Source: Lingula anatina (taxonomy: Eukaryota; Animalia; Brachiopoda). Taken from it: a stretch of 64,000 nucleotides of DNA. The notes under the pieces were generated by a model that was not told the DNA's origin, made no database searches, and worked only from the letters and a program-made list of their open reading frames with translations. Shown piece by piece: positions 50,101 to 63,632 of the stretch; within the stretch, counting starts at the first letter, position 1, and the number at the start of each line of letters is the position of its first letter. The position numbers and the translations under genes were made by a program. Where the stretch lies: positions 44,680,788-44,744,787 of the forward strand of contig CM120640.1 of assembly GCA_051362555.1 (NCBI GenBank), given 5' to 3'.

Positions 50101-50712
50101 TATCTCTCAAAACGTCGAAATATTTAAACCTATTTAAAAACGGCGGGAACGAAACACATGGTCTCTTTACGCAGAGATTTTACGTGATGACATAAAAACA
50201 TGCCTAAAATATCGCCACAAAAACTATTAGAAATTATTAAATGTAAAATTTTATATTCTTTTTGTCGAAAAGTGATGTGTTTTTGAACATTTTCTCCTTT
50301 AAAATGATTTTCTTCAATCAAGTATAGGTCATGTCAAGGTCATATTTTATAGCGGCATTGTTTGATTTTTATACTTTGTACTTGATTCAGTTATTTTCTT
50401 CGTATTTTCTTGTACATACGATTTGCAGAAAAGACACATTTTATGAGCAACTACCATTGTGTTATACGAGCAGCCTGTGATACATTTGGAGAGGGAGTAT
50501 GACTTTATAAGTATCCTAACTCCGATTTACAATTTCGAGTCGGACTTCATTGAGTAATACCAGCTAGGGAAGTTTATGCATGGTAACACTTTAAAGTGAA
50601 ATGGGTCCCAACCTTACACCTTCAGGCGTCAAGACTGCCCTTGTTCCTTCACTGAGAAATCCAGGTTTGACCCAGAGATTGTTTGCATAGTTTCAAAAAC
50701 CGAGAAGCCGAA
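50101..50712. promoter_or_regulatory. Putative bidirectional promoter, BAZ1B/GEN1
   Basis: Start codons are 612 bp apart, head-to-head, and the region is locally CpG-retaining. E2F-like GGCGGGAA at about 50142-50149, AGGTCA-n5-AGGTCA at 50326-50342, and YY1-like GCCGCCATCTT at about 49945-49955 in BAZ1B intron 1. Confidence 0.6.
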
Positions 50713-53700
50713 ATGGGAGTGACCCATTTGTGGACGATACTAGACCCTGTAAAGGAACACAAGCCTTTGGCAGATTTGAGAGGACAGATCCTTGCGGTTG
50801 ATCTTAGCATGTGGGTTTGTGAAACTCAGGGTGTTAAGCAGATGCAGGGGACTGTCACCAGACCATACCTCAGGTATAGAATGACTTGGACGTGTTAGTA
50901 TATTATTATATAGAAACAGAGGAGGTAATACACTAATTAGTAATACAAATATCATATGCACTGTAAAACAGTGCTGTTGATCAAAAAGTTTGTCTCACCT
51001 CCAATCTCATGTATTTTTAATTACAATAATCACATGACAGCTGTAGACTGTTTTAGATAGTGCTAACAATTCCAGGTACCTTATCTGTCATTGTGCTTTC
51101 CATAGAAATAAAAATGTCCATAAATTTGAAGACACTGCCAAGTCATGTCACCAAATTTATGCACAGTTGGCATCAGAATGTGTTTTTTAAAAGCCACTTG
51201 TCTAATAGTGTGTCCGTCCTCCACACACTATAAATTACAGCTGCAGATGGTGCAGCAATTTGCTTTTAGCAGGGCTCATAAGTCTGTTTTGCTGGATAAT
51301 GTATTTAAAATGTCAAAGTATATTAAATTTTTTTAACTTTTGCAGAAACCTTTTCTTCCGCACTTGTCACTTGCTGCAGTTGGGTGTCCTGCCTGTGTTT
51401 GTGGTAGAGGGGGAGCCACCAGAGCTGAAGTGGGATACCATGTTGCATAGACAACAATCCCGTTTTGGTGGATCTGTATCCAGGGGGCGAGGAAGAAGCC
51501 GAGGAGAAGGGAAAGTGAGCAAAGGGAGAAAACCTGGAAGGTCACACTTCAAGGCTTGGCTCAGGGAGGTATGTATTTTATAATTCCTATTTCTACTATA
51601 TATAATTATGACAAGAACAGTCTTTAATGTGTTATAGATGTTTTTATTGCTTTTCTTTTATTTATTGTTAGTTTGTTACATTTTTTCATTTATAAAGGGG
51701 GCATGATGTGATCATGCAATTTTATTAATTTTGCCCAAACATTTCTTTGATATTGCATTGACCTTAAAATATTTGATATTTAAATCAGTATTATTGTTTT
51801 TTATATCAAATACTTTTGGACATACTTGTTATTATGATTGAAATTTTTTTACCGTAAAATCGTGATTATATTTTTCAGTGTTGTGAACTGTTGAAGTGTC
51901 TTGGAGTGCCTTTTGTACAAAGTGAAGGGGAGGCTGAGGCTATGTGTGCTTTACTCAACAAAGAAGGAGTAAGTAATTGTGGTTGAGTGGGTGAAGATCC
52001 TGTATTGTTTAGTAAAACATGGGCATTAGTCCACATAAACAACTGACTGCATTTTTTTTCCTTGAAAAGCACACATATTAGTTTTGTCGAAGTTCTTCAA
52101 AAATTTTTAATGAATAGATGCTTGAGTAGTTCATTTGGTGTTATATTTATTATACATTTAACTATTTTTGTGTTGAGATTAATGTGTCTCTTTTCAATTT
52201 GAAATTGCATCCCATTTTAACGGGGCATCACTAATGTGAGACAAAACTGTTTTCAAAAGTTAGTAGATGGCTGCTTAACAGATGATGGTGATGCCTTTTT
52301 GTATGGAGCAAAGACAGTTTACAGGAACTTTACTATGAACAGCAAGGTAAGGGATAGATAAACAAGAGTTGCTTAGAAAATTGGTGAACAGTTATATTTG
52401 AAATAGGATGTGATAAGATTATTTATTTATTCAGTGAAAAAGTATTAAGTATGAAGTTCCAAATTAATGTTCACATGTTGCAGGAATATGTTCCTTTTCA
52501 TTTTCTTGAAAATCATTTACTAATGAACCTAAAGAATCCAGTGTTCCAATTTGTTGATCAATATAAACAACAACTATTTACACTTTTTAGGACCCTCATG
52601 TTGAGATGTTCACCTCAGTCTCCATAGAGTCCCAGCTTGGGTTGAACAGGGAAGGCTTAGTGGGACTTGCCCTGCTCCTAGGATGTGACTACCTACCTAA
52701 AGGCATTCCTGGGGTGGGCAAGGAGATGGCTATAAAACTGATGCATACCCTGGGGTCATGTAATGTGTTAAACAGGTACATGTGTTTTCACAATCTGGAG
52801 GTAAAACAATGCAAAGTTGCCATGTATATGCCCAATTTATCAGCTTTCACTACTATTTTAAAAGTTACTTGATTATTTGAAGACAATACAGTAATTGAAA
52901 AAAGCAAAGCCTCCCGTATAATTATTGCTGTTTAAACTGTATTGCAATTGAAAACCATCTGTGGACTTTGAAAGTATTAATGTGCTTCATATTCCAATAT
53001 AAGATGAGAATGTTTGTTATTTTTCATAGGTTCAGACAATGGCAGCACTGTAGCCAGATGCATTTGGATGCCATGGAAATTCCTGTGTATAAAAAAAGTC
53101 AGCAATTAAAGGACTTTCCTAATGAAAAGGTAAGCTGAATTCTGACAATGTTGACAATTTTGACTTTTGTGTATTTGTGTTGGTGTGCATGTGTGTCAGA
53201 GTGTGTGTCTGTGTATGTGAATCGAGTGAAAACCCATACATGCATATTATTTTATAACATCTTTGTAGACATATGATATCCATATTGACCTATGTCAATT
53301 TTAAAGCAATTTATGTTTCAGTTTGTATCAGTCTGTAAGGTTCACACTTTAAAAAGATAATAATCTGCCTGTCAACTAGTGCAGTTGAGCATCTATATCT
53401 GGGGCTTGTAAGCAAGTATGTAGATAAAAGGCATCAATTTGATTAGGATTTTTAACATGTGAAAATTAATGGCTTTTTAATTTGATCAAGATCAAAATAT
53501 TTTAGAAACATTCTTTGTGATTTCTACAGGTAATTTCTGAGTTCCTGAATACACGGGATAGAGTACCTACTGTAAAATTTGACTGGAAGCGACCTCAGAT
53601 TCAAACATTGCAGGTGGGAGAAAATATTTTAACTGTGCTTTTTCAATGTACTTAAATGCATTTTTTGAACTTCAGTTAGTGAGAGAAAACAAGGGTCAAT

Positions 53701-56700
53701 TATAGCAGGCAATATCAAAGATCTGTATGACATATTACCTTGCACTGCCATTATTACCAAAACTTGCACAGTTTCTGGTTTTCTTTCAGTCATTTACCCT
53801 CCAGAGACTAGAATGGTCCACAGAGTATACTTTAGACAAGGTTCTTCCTCTGGTAACAATGTGGGACATGACAGTCCATTCCAAATCATCAGCTAAGATG
53901 ATCAGGCTGAAACCCCATAGGTAAATAATTTGATGAATTGATGTTATGAAAACTGATATGGTATTTCTTTTTTAATTACCTCTGGCATTAAAGGAAGTGT
54001 TGTTGTTTCTGTTATTCACTGGACAAAATAATCTCAAAAATGTCACAAAAATCAAATTTTCAGGATGAACAGTTATTCAAGACTAAATTTTCAACTAAAT
54101 CAGGTTCTAGTATTAAAAAAAGAATTGTCCCTTTGGTGGAGTTCTGGGCTGTTGGAATAATCTCTAGTCAGTGATTGAAATGTGTAGAAAAAGTCTGAAG
54201 ACCATTAACAGTCTGCTTATTTATGCACTTTAATATTTTATTATCTTTGCCAATTTATGCATTTACCTGACAGTTCTTCTCTTTGCATTTTAGAATAGTA
54301 AAATCACGTGTGAGACAAGGGGTGTCTTGCTATGAAGTGGAATGGTTTAAAGAAAGTAGGTGATATCAGAATTTTTACACTCATTGAAATGCAATTTGCA
54401 CTTGGTGTTATAGTTGTTAAAAGCTTTCTTAAAAAGACAATGAGTGTTTTAGGGAATTAAAAAAAAAACAATCACAAGTTGGTTCTGTTGAATTTTCTAA
54501 AAATTTTCTTTAATTCTTTAATGTAGATTCAGTAATATGGTAAAGATTACTTGTGCATGATGCAGTGCTCAAATTATAATTATTTTGGCTTTCATTTTGG
54601 TACCTACAGTTGTATTATCATTAGCACCTGTAATCTTGCTGAATTACCTTTGCAGGTTGGGACACTGACACGGAGGCTGATTACTATGTGACAGTTGAAG
54701 ATCAGGTTATCTTTACCATGAATTTTCCAGAAGTTGTCAGAATGTTTGAACTTACAATTGAGCAGAAAAAGAAACCCAGGAGAAAAGGTATTTGTGAATT
54801 TCTTATCTTAAAGAAGAAAAATTGTTTGCTTCAGTTTCCCAAACTGCCAGTGCAAAGGTTTCTTTGGTGGAAAAGAAGAGTAGGTTTTATAGCGAAAAAG
54901 TTTAATGTAGAAAATGTGCTCAAGAAATATAAGATTTTTTTGCCAATATTACTTTCAAGCAGTAGTTTATTTTTTATGTTGCACATTTTTTCAGGTTCCA
55001 AAGCCAGTAAATCAGATACTCAGGATGTGGAGGAACTTGCTACCGCAGTGCGATCTATCAACATTGATGAACATCCCAGGAAAATGACTCAGGAGCTTAG
55101 ACATGAAATATCCACATCTGAAGAAAACATTTTCCAACAAAAGGAGAAGACATCTAAGATTGTTTCATCTAAAAGCAATTTTACTTGCACTCTGAAAAGT
55201 GCTCTGGATTCTCAAAATGTGAACAGTTCTCAGTCTGTGGCAACAGGACTACACCCTGCTGCACCAAAGTGTGAGCAAAATGTGCCACTGAAAGTAGATG
55301 CACAAGAAATACATAGTAAATATGGTGAGAATCACCAAGATGAGGAGGATTTTGATATATCTGTGGTGCCTCTTTCACAACGGCTAAAGATGCGAGGTCT
55401 ACATAGTAAAGGTCTTGGGAACAGTGGTGCCAAATGTTCATTTGCAGAAAATGTGGTGAAACCTGTTCCTGCAGTTGGTAAAACAAAAATGGTTGTTGAC
55501 CAAATCATTTTAACCTCTGAAGACAAGGGCAGCATAAAACAAGATTTAGACACAGACACAGCTAGAATTGGAATTGCCTTTTCATTGCAGACTACCAAAC
55601 CTTCACCAGTTAATTTGGCTGTTGAACAGTCTGTTTTGTACAAAGACAATGTAATTTCTGAAATGAAGTCTTGTGCATCAGGAGTTTTGAAGTCATCTTA
55701 CAAAGATATAGATGTGTCACAAAGCATTCAGGAAAGACCAAGAAGCAATTTCTTGTTAAATGAATCAAATTGTAATATAGATAGAGGTATATCTCAAGAG
55801 TTGTCTGATAAGACAAACATACAGGCAGAATCAGATGAAAAAGTAGTAACAAGCCCTTCACTGATGAATGAACAGAAGGTTTCACACTCAGTTGCTTATA
55901 GAAAGGACAAACAAGATGCTAATTTGCATAGTGCATGGCAATTGCTCTCAGCCTCACATTACAGTGACTCCACATCAGAAGAAACTGTAAAACAGGTGCA
56001 ACATGTCACTGAGGTGCAGAATGAAATAGAAAGCCCACTAGTCCCTTTTCAAGTACCCAAAATTTCTTCCTCTAACTCTAGACCAGCGACTCAACCAGAA
56101 GGTATATATATTTCACAAACAGACAAGGATGCACAGGCAGAGAATAACCGTGTGGCTCTAATGTATTCAACAAACCTGGCCCACACACCAGTAGGGCAAA
56201 CAGCTGGGACGTCCCTTATTGCTAACAGGTTGGGTGAAGCAGGGTCAGGGAAGACTGCCACCCTGCAGTTTTTACACTCTTCACACTGCCATAGTCACCT
56301 AGGGGGCAATGATGCCTCCTTTTCCAGTACAGCAGACATGTTTGACTCTCCAGCTGGCAATGCATCCAGAAATAATGATAGTTCCTTGATTAATCAAAAT
56401 GACCTTAATTTGTCAAGAGGTTCCATGTTAAGAGCAGAACATCTAATGGAAGAACCTCATGGAACAAAGATGACTGAGAGTAACAGTGTTTTTTCAGCCT
56501 CATACCCCAAGCAGAGATTAGCGGAGACAATTACAGAAGATCATAAATATGAAAGTTTGGAAGATAAATTGAATAACTCCAGTACTTTTGTCACAACAGT
56601 CAGAGATAAGAAAAATGGCTTTGGTAACACAACCCAGGAGGAAGAGATAATTGACAATGCCAGTGTGGACATTATGGGAAATGGAAAAAATGAGACTTCA

Positions 56701-57558
56701 GATTCTTGGGAACTGGATGGAGCTAATACAATACCAGTCGCTGAAAATGTTGAAGACGCTGACGAAGAAAGTGTAGTAAGTAGCAATAGCCTCTCTAATT
56801 ATGCAACATCCAGAAGCACTTCTTCACAAAGCAACAGACCTCCCCGCTTAACAACACAGATCTCAACACCATGTAGCCTAATTGAAAGAGCAGAACCAGA
56901 GAGCAATGGCAATGATTCTCATTTATCAGACTTTGGAAACTTCACCATTCAGACATCTTTAGTGAGTCACTTCAATGACACAGTAGATGGGCCGACTTGT
57001 CTTCCATCCACACCTTTAGAAAAGACAGCGGTGGAGCCAAGTTTTCTTGGAATGTCAACCACATTTCAGTTTCATAGTTTCCATGATTTTGGGACTCCTG
57101 TGTCAGTAACACCAGATATTGTTGGCGGAAGAAGAAATATGAATGGAAATGAACCTTGTAGGGCATTTAACACATATCTTGAAAGCCCTAACAATGTGTG
57201 TGTTAAAAGCGGAAATGGGCAATTCATGAAAACTGTTTTAGAAAATGACAGCGGTTCTCCTTGTGTTAATCAAGAAACCTTTCGCAAGCGGGAGAAGCAA
57301 AATGGAAGCTATGTTAATGAATGTCAGCTTAGTTCAAACGTCATTTGCAGCGGAAAAAAACAGAAGGCTATGTTGCAGAATGAGGACACCCCTCCAGCTA
57401 CGACCATTGCGCATCAAATGGCCAAGAATGACACGGGCAAGAACGGCATTGGTGTAAATGAAACCGGCGATTCAAATGTTGCCGAACAGAGTCCGCTGTC
57501 ACTTGCAGACAGATTAAGAAAAAGGCTAGGAAAGTCAACTTTAAGTGTAAAGAATTAA
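50713..57558 (+). CDS. GEN1: Holliday junction resolvase / flap endonuclease GEN homolog 1, about 1272 aa, 11 exons
   Basis: Exons 50713-50873, 51346-51568, 51879-51968, 52260-52346, 52591-52775, 53030-53129, 53530-53613, 53790-53920, 54294-54355, 54656-54787, 54995-57558. XPG-N (MGVTHLW, AVDLSMWVCE, PYLRNLFFR), XPG-I (GEAEAMCA, TDDGDAFLYGA), H3TH (LLGCDYLPKGIPGVGKE), chromodomain (IVKSRVRQGVSCYEVEW) and a long disordered tail. Confidence 0.95.
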
Positions 57559-59117
57559 TGAGATAATCCATATGAGCGATGTGTGAGTCAGTATTTGCAT
57601 TAAATAGTGAACAATCGGATTTGAGATATGTAAGAAGGTTACGCTTGACTAATTACATATAAAATTTTGGTTGGTTATTTCACTCCGGTATGAATTACAG
57701 ATCGATGACAAAAGACTTGGCCAACAGTTAGAACATTGTAATATTTTAGATAGTAAATAAAACCTATGTAGCAGCAAAACCTTGTTTATAGTACCAGTTC
57801 AGTACCTTAGGCTGAGAAAATGCTTGCCCCAGCAAACACGGAACGCTATTATAATGCTACCATAAGGTTTATTAAAAAACGTTACGGTTACGTTACGATT
57901 ATGTTTTAACCTGTGGGTGGGTACCTTTCGAAGGCACACAGTGCTGCTAACAAATATTACACAATCGTAAATATAACGCTTTATTTTTCGATGATCGGGT
58001 CAAGCACGACGCTTGGTTCCAGTAGACTCTAAATCCTGGAGCAGTCCATGTGGTAAGAAAAAAAGAAAAAAAGTTCAAATCAAGGCGGTAGCCTGAAAAA
58101 AATTCTAGGGCAACTGCTGAAGACTTGCAATACAAACGGTTTTGTGTAGGCCTACCATTAGTGGTATCCATCCAAACGCTGTTTGAAAGAAAAGTGAGAG
58201 ACTTGTTATAGTCTGGGAAAAGGAAACCGGTTTATATAAAGACCCAAAAATGCAGTCTCTGAAAAAAATCCGCCCCGCGTTTCTCTAGTTGTATAAAGCC
58301 TATGAAAGATTTTTCCGTTTTAGAAAAGTATAGCATTTTTCATTCAAAACAGCTCTGTGAACAAACCATATGATTAAATTGCAACGCTTACAAATAGACA
58401 GGGTTGTAAATGTCATTCTTTATTTGACAATGATCAGGTCAAACACGTTAATTACATGTATTTTGTGCAGGTAAAAAAATAATAAAAATATTGATTTTAC
58501 GAGACCTGTTGCGTTGCAAAGTCCTCTTTAAATAATTTATTTATCCGACTCAGTATGTCATATTATCGCCCTTTAATTTCTTCCACGAACAGCCATATTG
58601 TCGAAAGGAAAATTGAATTGTCTGACATAAGGTCGAGAAAAATAAACACTACACACACACTACATATGCCAGCGGATACTGATAAAAAGAAGACAGCTTG
58701 ATTACACTCTACTGCTATGTAATCCATGTGCTAACAATGAGTGGGCGGGCTAATTGAAGGAATAAGACAGGTCCCCCAGCATTGCCAGTATGTAATATTG
58801 CCGCACATAACGGCGTGTTTCTCACTGCATAGTCGGGCCACGAAGCCTCGCGTTTCATTGTCAACACAGCTGTTCAAAAGATACCAATTATTGTGAGGTC
58901 GTGGCGACGCGAAATATTATAATCTAACCTGGTACAACAGGGAAGGTCGTGCTTCAAGTAACCTATTTTACGTCGCGGTGTTTTGCATTAGTTGGTCCTT
59001 GAACCTATGATTAGATATCGGAATTTAATCTGAGGCAAAAAAACGAAAGCTCCATGCAAAGAGATAGATTATCTCCTTGCTCCATGTAAACCCTGGGAGC
59101 ACACTGGTAGAACAGCA

Positions 59118-62100
59118 ATGGACAGCAAAGAGAGTGATGAAGAAGCCCTGTTCACATATGGTGCAGAACGGAGAGACAGGCTTATATGTTGTGGCACGGT
59201 AAGTAAAATCCAGGTGTAAATGTTTTATCTATTTAATCGTGATTCTGATGCCAAAGTGTGTAGGAGTATGCGTGCTTAGCTGTGGCCATACGGTCAATAT
59301 GTTCACTCAATTTTGCTTTGAACGTGACTCAGTCACTGTAGAGTGAAAGATTTGCACTTGGATGTGCACGAGAGAGAAAACGATGCTTTTCAAATACCAA
59401 AACTACATAGGCTACTTTTGCTTTAAATCTAAACCAGTACAGTGTAATACAAGTCAAGAAAATTTGTCTAATAGAAGTGATTACAGAGCTAAGATACGTG
59501 GATGATGACATGTGTTGGCTTTATCACTGTCTTACTGAATGCAGCAGTGAACAATATGGTGGCCTTTATATGCTTAATAAGCCGGAAAAGGTGAGAACAC
59601 TAATAAAGTCAAGCCTGCAAAGCGTTGTTCTCCTGGAAATTTCAAGCTGCTGAAAGCGAGAAAGGTTCAATAGATAGGTAGATAGATAGATGGATAGATA
59701 GATAGATATTGAAGAGACGGTTGGGGTATTGTTATTGTGCATGTGGCAGTGATGCCAGCTTAACCATACAGATAGCAAGCTTGGCGAATACACAGCACAA
59801 CATATATTATATACCCTGGATATTCCATTTGCATCGAGAACAGTAAGCATAAAACGTCATTATAAAACCGTACTTCCGCATTTATACAAATAAGCAAGAT
59901 ATGTTAGGATTTAACAGGCGAGGGCGATGTTATGATGATGAATTAATTTTTGCTTTTGAATAAAATGATTTATAAGAATTAAGTCTTTTTTCATTTCACA
60001 AGAGGAGACTTATCTAACAATAGATATTTCTTCATCCCACGAAATTTCAATGCACCGACGAAAATTAAGAAGCGTGTGCCAGTATTTTCAGTGTTTTTGT
60101 GATCACGGACTAGCGCATGTGAGGCCGATTTGCAAATATCTCCGTTTGTGCCACTTTTTAACAATATAATATCAGAGCTAGTCTAGTTTATTCAGTATAT
60201 GGTATATAGTTTAGGTAAATATTCAATTGAAGATACGTATCACTATGTCATTTTCTTTCTGTTGACAGCTGCTTGTGCGTAGATGGGGTCCACTTGAAAG
60301 GAAAGAAAAGGCATTTGTAATAGTGTCTACGTTTGGTCTCGTAGCAGCTTTGGGATTCGTGATTTATGGCCTCGCCACTTTAAATGGTGACGATTGGACA
60401 TTTGCTCTTCTACTTCTCTTCAACATATGTAAGTATAGTTTTTTATCTATGCATACACCATACTTGTGTATTTTATGTTTTAAAAAAGCAGTGTGACTCG
60501 TATTATCTGTAAATCAGACCAACGTCTGTTTCTAGTGCATGTAATCATTATTAATTTATATGATTGGCCCTCTTTAAGTAGAAAAAATGGCACATATATT
60601 TATCTTTGTCTTGCTGGTTAGCCTATGTCAAACTGTCTGTTATTGATTTTTGTAAAGTTGTGTGTGTCGTTCGTTTTAAAATCGTGTCCGTATTGCTCAC
60701 TGTGTGTGAATGATGCCTGTTTCGGCAAAACTGTTTCTTTTCTTCAGTTTTCTGCGGCTGGTATGCTCTGAACGGAGTCCTCCGAGAAAAGCCATATGAA
60801 GTTGCTATATTTTGTGGTGCAAATATCTTGCTGCTTGCATATGTGTCCACAAACTTCGGACTAAAATTTACTCAAATGGTCAACGCTCCCGACAGAACAC
60901 TCTTTATAGTGAAACTAGTGAGTATGTATTTGTTGTTACGGGAAATACAGAAAAGATTTTACAAACGATTTTAACTGATTTAAATGAGGTCACCACATTA
61001 TATTTTTGTTAAAATGACTTCAAATTTTTATTGGTTATCTAAAAATTGCTTTACAGGCCAGACTTATCGTAACCGTCGTCTTCTCCGCCGTCACTTTGGG
61101 GCTTGGCATGTGGGTTACTCACGAATATTACGACCACGGAGATTTTATTTTTCGCACGGTCAAATCGGCGCAGACAGAGGTGGTTCATGCTACCAAGCTG
61201 GTTTTCCTGTTTGAATCCGCGCTCACTGTTGATATGCAAATGGCGGTATGTTAGATGCTTTGCATTTTAAAGTACATTTAAAATAGATATCTTTGAAACA
61301 TTATTCTTAAAGTGGTTGAGTAAAAACTCTAAACTGGATTTACTTGTTTTTTCAAAAATGTTTAAAAACCTGCACGTGATCCAATATATTCAATTTGGAA
61401 AATGGCCGTGCAACGATAATTTTTTTATGAAAAAGTGCCCTAAATGCACATGGCAATGAAGATACAGATATCTTGTAATAAAATACCACAACATAGGCCT
61501 ACCACAAATAAGTGATGATATCTCCCCTGTCCTTGCAGCTAAGCGTGTGCGTTCTACTATTACGCCGTGGATACAATTCCGAAGTAGGCGGAACAGTTGG
61601 AATTGTCGTTGGGTTTGCATTAACTGTAGCATTGAGGATTTTAACATATTTCGCAGTAGGTGATACCTTAAGTTTTCCATATCTCTCCTATTATTTTGTC
61701 TTCTTGATATAGCCACCGCATACCGAATGATTTTCTTCTAAAATAACATTTTTCGAAATAAATTTCTGTATAGATTGTCAAGTTGAATAGAATATGTGCA
61801 TCCCTGTACCTTTGTTGAAAATTGCTTAGTGTTTAGTCTTTGATAGAGTGACCGTATGTTGAGCTAAAAGGACAGCCTTTTTAAATCTACGATTGCATGT
61901 AGGCTGTTTTATTAACGAAACGTTTTCCTCTTCGCCTTAATATTTTTTTCCAGGTGCAAAGAAAAAGTAGGAGTTTGGCTTGGCTTGTGTTGGTGCTACT
62001 CTTGTTGATAGAACCAGCGTTTATTATTTACGATTTCATAAAGGTAAAGATGTTTCAGTTCTATGCCTGTATACATCTACCGGGTAATATCTTACTCTCT

Positions 62101-62594
62101 GATATCAGGGGCTCCTAAAATAGTATACAAAATTTCACTGTATGCCATTGAAATTTTTGTAACGGACTGCTAGCGCAACCTGTGGTCAGAGAGTAGTATT
62201 ATCTTGTTTGTCTTGTAAGACCATTTTAAATCAATCTTTACCTATCAATACAATTTCTCAAAGATATAAATCAAAAGTGAAAATCTCCGTTTTAAGCAAT
62301 TTATTAAAGTGTGTGCTTCTTTTCTTTAAATGTTAAAATAGGTGGGGAATGAATTTCTATCAACGGCAACTTTTGAACTGGAGATCGTAACGCTAACCTG
62401 CTGTACGCTGGCTGTTTTGGCAAGGGCGGTTGTCATTGTATTAGGTGTGCTTGTCTACAAAGCAATCAATAGGCGTGAGGGGCTGCATGGAGAAATTCGT
62501 ACGTAAAGTATATAGAATATGACTAAAACTCGCAATGTATTACAGTTAAAAACTTTACTTACTTAAACGGAGGAATGTATATTACTTGGAACAC

Positions 62595-62672
<78 letters not shown>

Positions 62673-62961
62673 CACACACGTTACATATTTATGTGACCCG
62701 TTCTACCGGAAAAGTTGCTAGTTTACTACTTTGCTTTATGTACTCAATTACACTATAAAATGTTAAAACAATGGAGTCACGCTTCCCTTGAGGCATCAGC
62801 TTCTAGCATTACAGAGACCGAATAAACGCGCCATTACACGAGTATCTCACACCCTCCAATATGTCAGTGTTTCTTATATTATAGAAAAATCCCGTGATCC
62901 AGCTGCTCCTGGTCAAGAGACAAAGGAATATGGAAGCATGCAACCTGAATGGACGAAGTGA
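59118..62961 (+). CDS. Uncharacterised multi-pass (about 8 TM) membrane protein, about 346 aa, 8 exons
   Basis: Exons 59118-59198, 60269-60428, 60748-60917, 61057-61245, 61539-61655, 61954-62043, 62342-62498, 62885-62961; all GT-AG with consistent phases and eight hydrophobic segments. The last exon is less certain: read-through would stop at 62504-62506. Confidence 0.82.
62600..62669. repeat. (CT)n microsatellite
   Basis: Uninterrupted CT run. Confidence 0.97.
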
Positions 62962-63632
62962 TACTCTGTCACTTTCAACACCATTCTTGATTCTCTCCAA
63001 CTATCATCATATATAGAACACGCGATGGACCCATGCGGGCTCAGATGAAAAACATTAGAGTTGTCATTGATCTGAACCGCTTGAAATCATGTATAAAATT
63101 TGTAATATAGGTACGCTGTTCTCCTTGGTGTATTGTAGAATTATTTTGATCTCGAAGGATTTCTAATATATAGTTTTTATTCAATATTATATATTTTATT
63201 CTAAAGTTCTTTTTATTCGGTATGTGTTTTGTTTTAAAAACTTCTGAAATAAAGGTTATGAGTTGCACAATGCCACGAGTTTCTGTCCAGCTGAAAGTCA
63301 TCTTGTTTCCCTGGTCATCCATGTAGACTTTTTACGGTAGTCAAGCAAGAAATGGATAATAAGACAACTTTGCCTTATTAAACGACTGGAAAAAAGGATA
63401 ACTGCTGTTGCATCATAACTGTAAAATCAAAAGAAATTATATCCGGACTTATGGATTCATCTTTCAATCAACGCATACGAATGTATTTATCATCTGTTTT
63501 GATCCCTATCAGTTCCCTTTATTTCATACCTATTTTAATCAAAATGTCTCAGAAAAGAACATAGTTACCCTTAATGAGTATGTTTATACAAAAGAGGTAA
63601 AGATGTTCTTTATTTGTTGTAATTTAGTCTAG

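Noticed and set aside
54688-57558. Stand-alone 956-aa gene
   Set aside because: It is GEN1 exons 10-11 joined through a stop-free intron, and it begins at a GTG within exon 10.
57828-57912. CCCAGCAAACAC-type transposon end downstream of GEN1
   Set aside because: Only one short degenerate terminus, with no partner TIR or TSD nearby; too weak to annotate.
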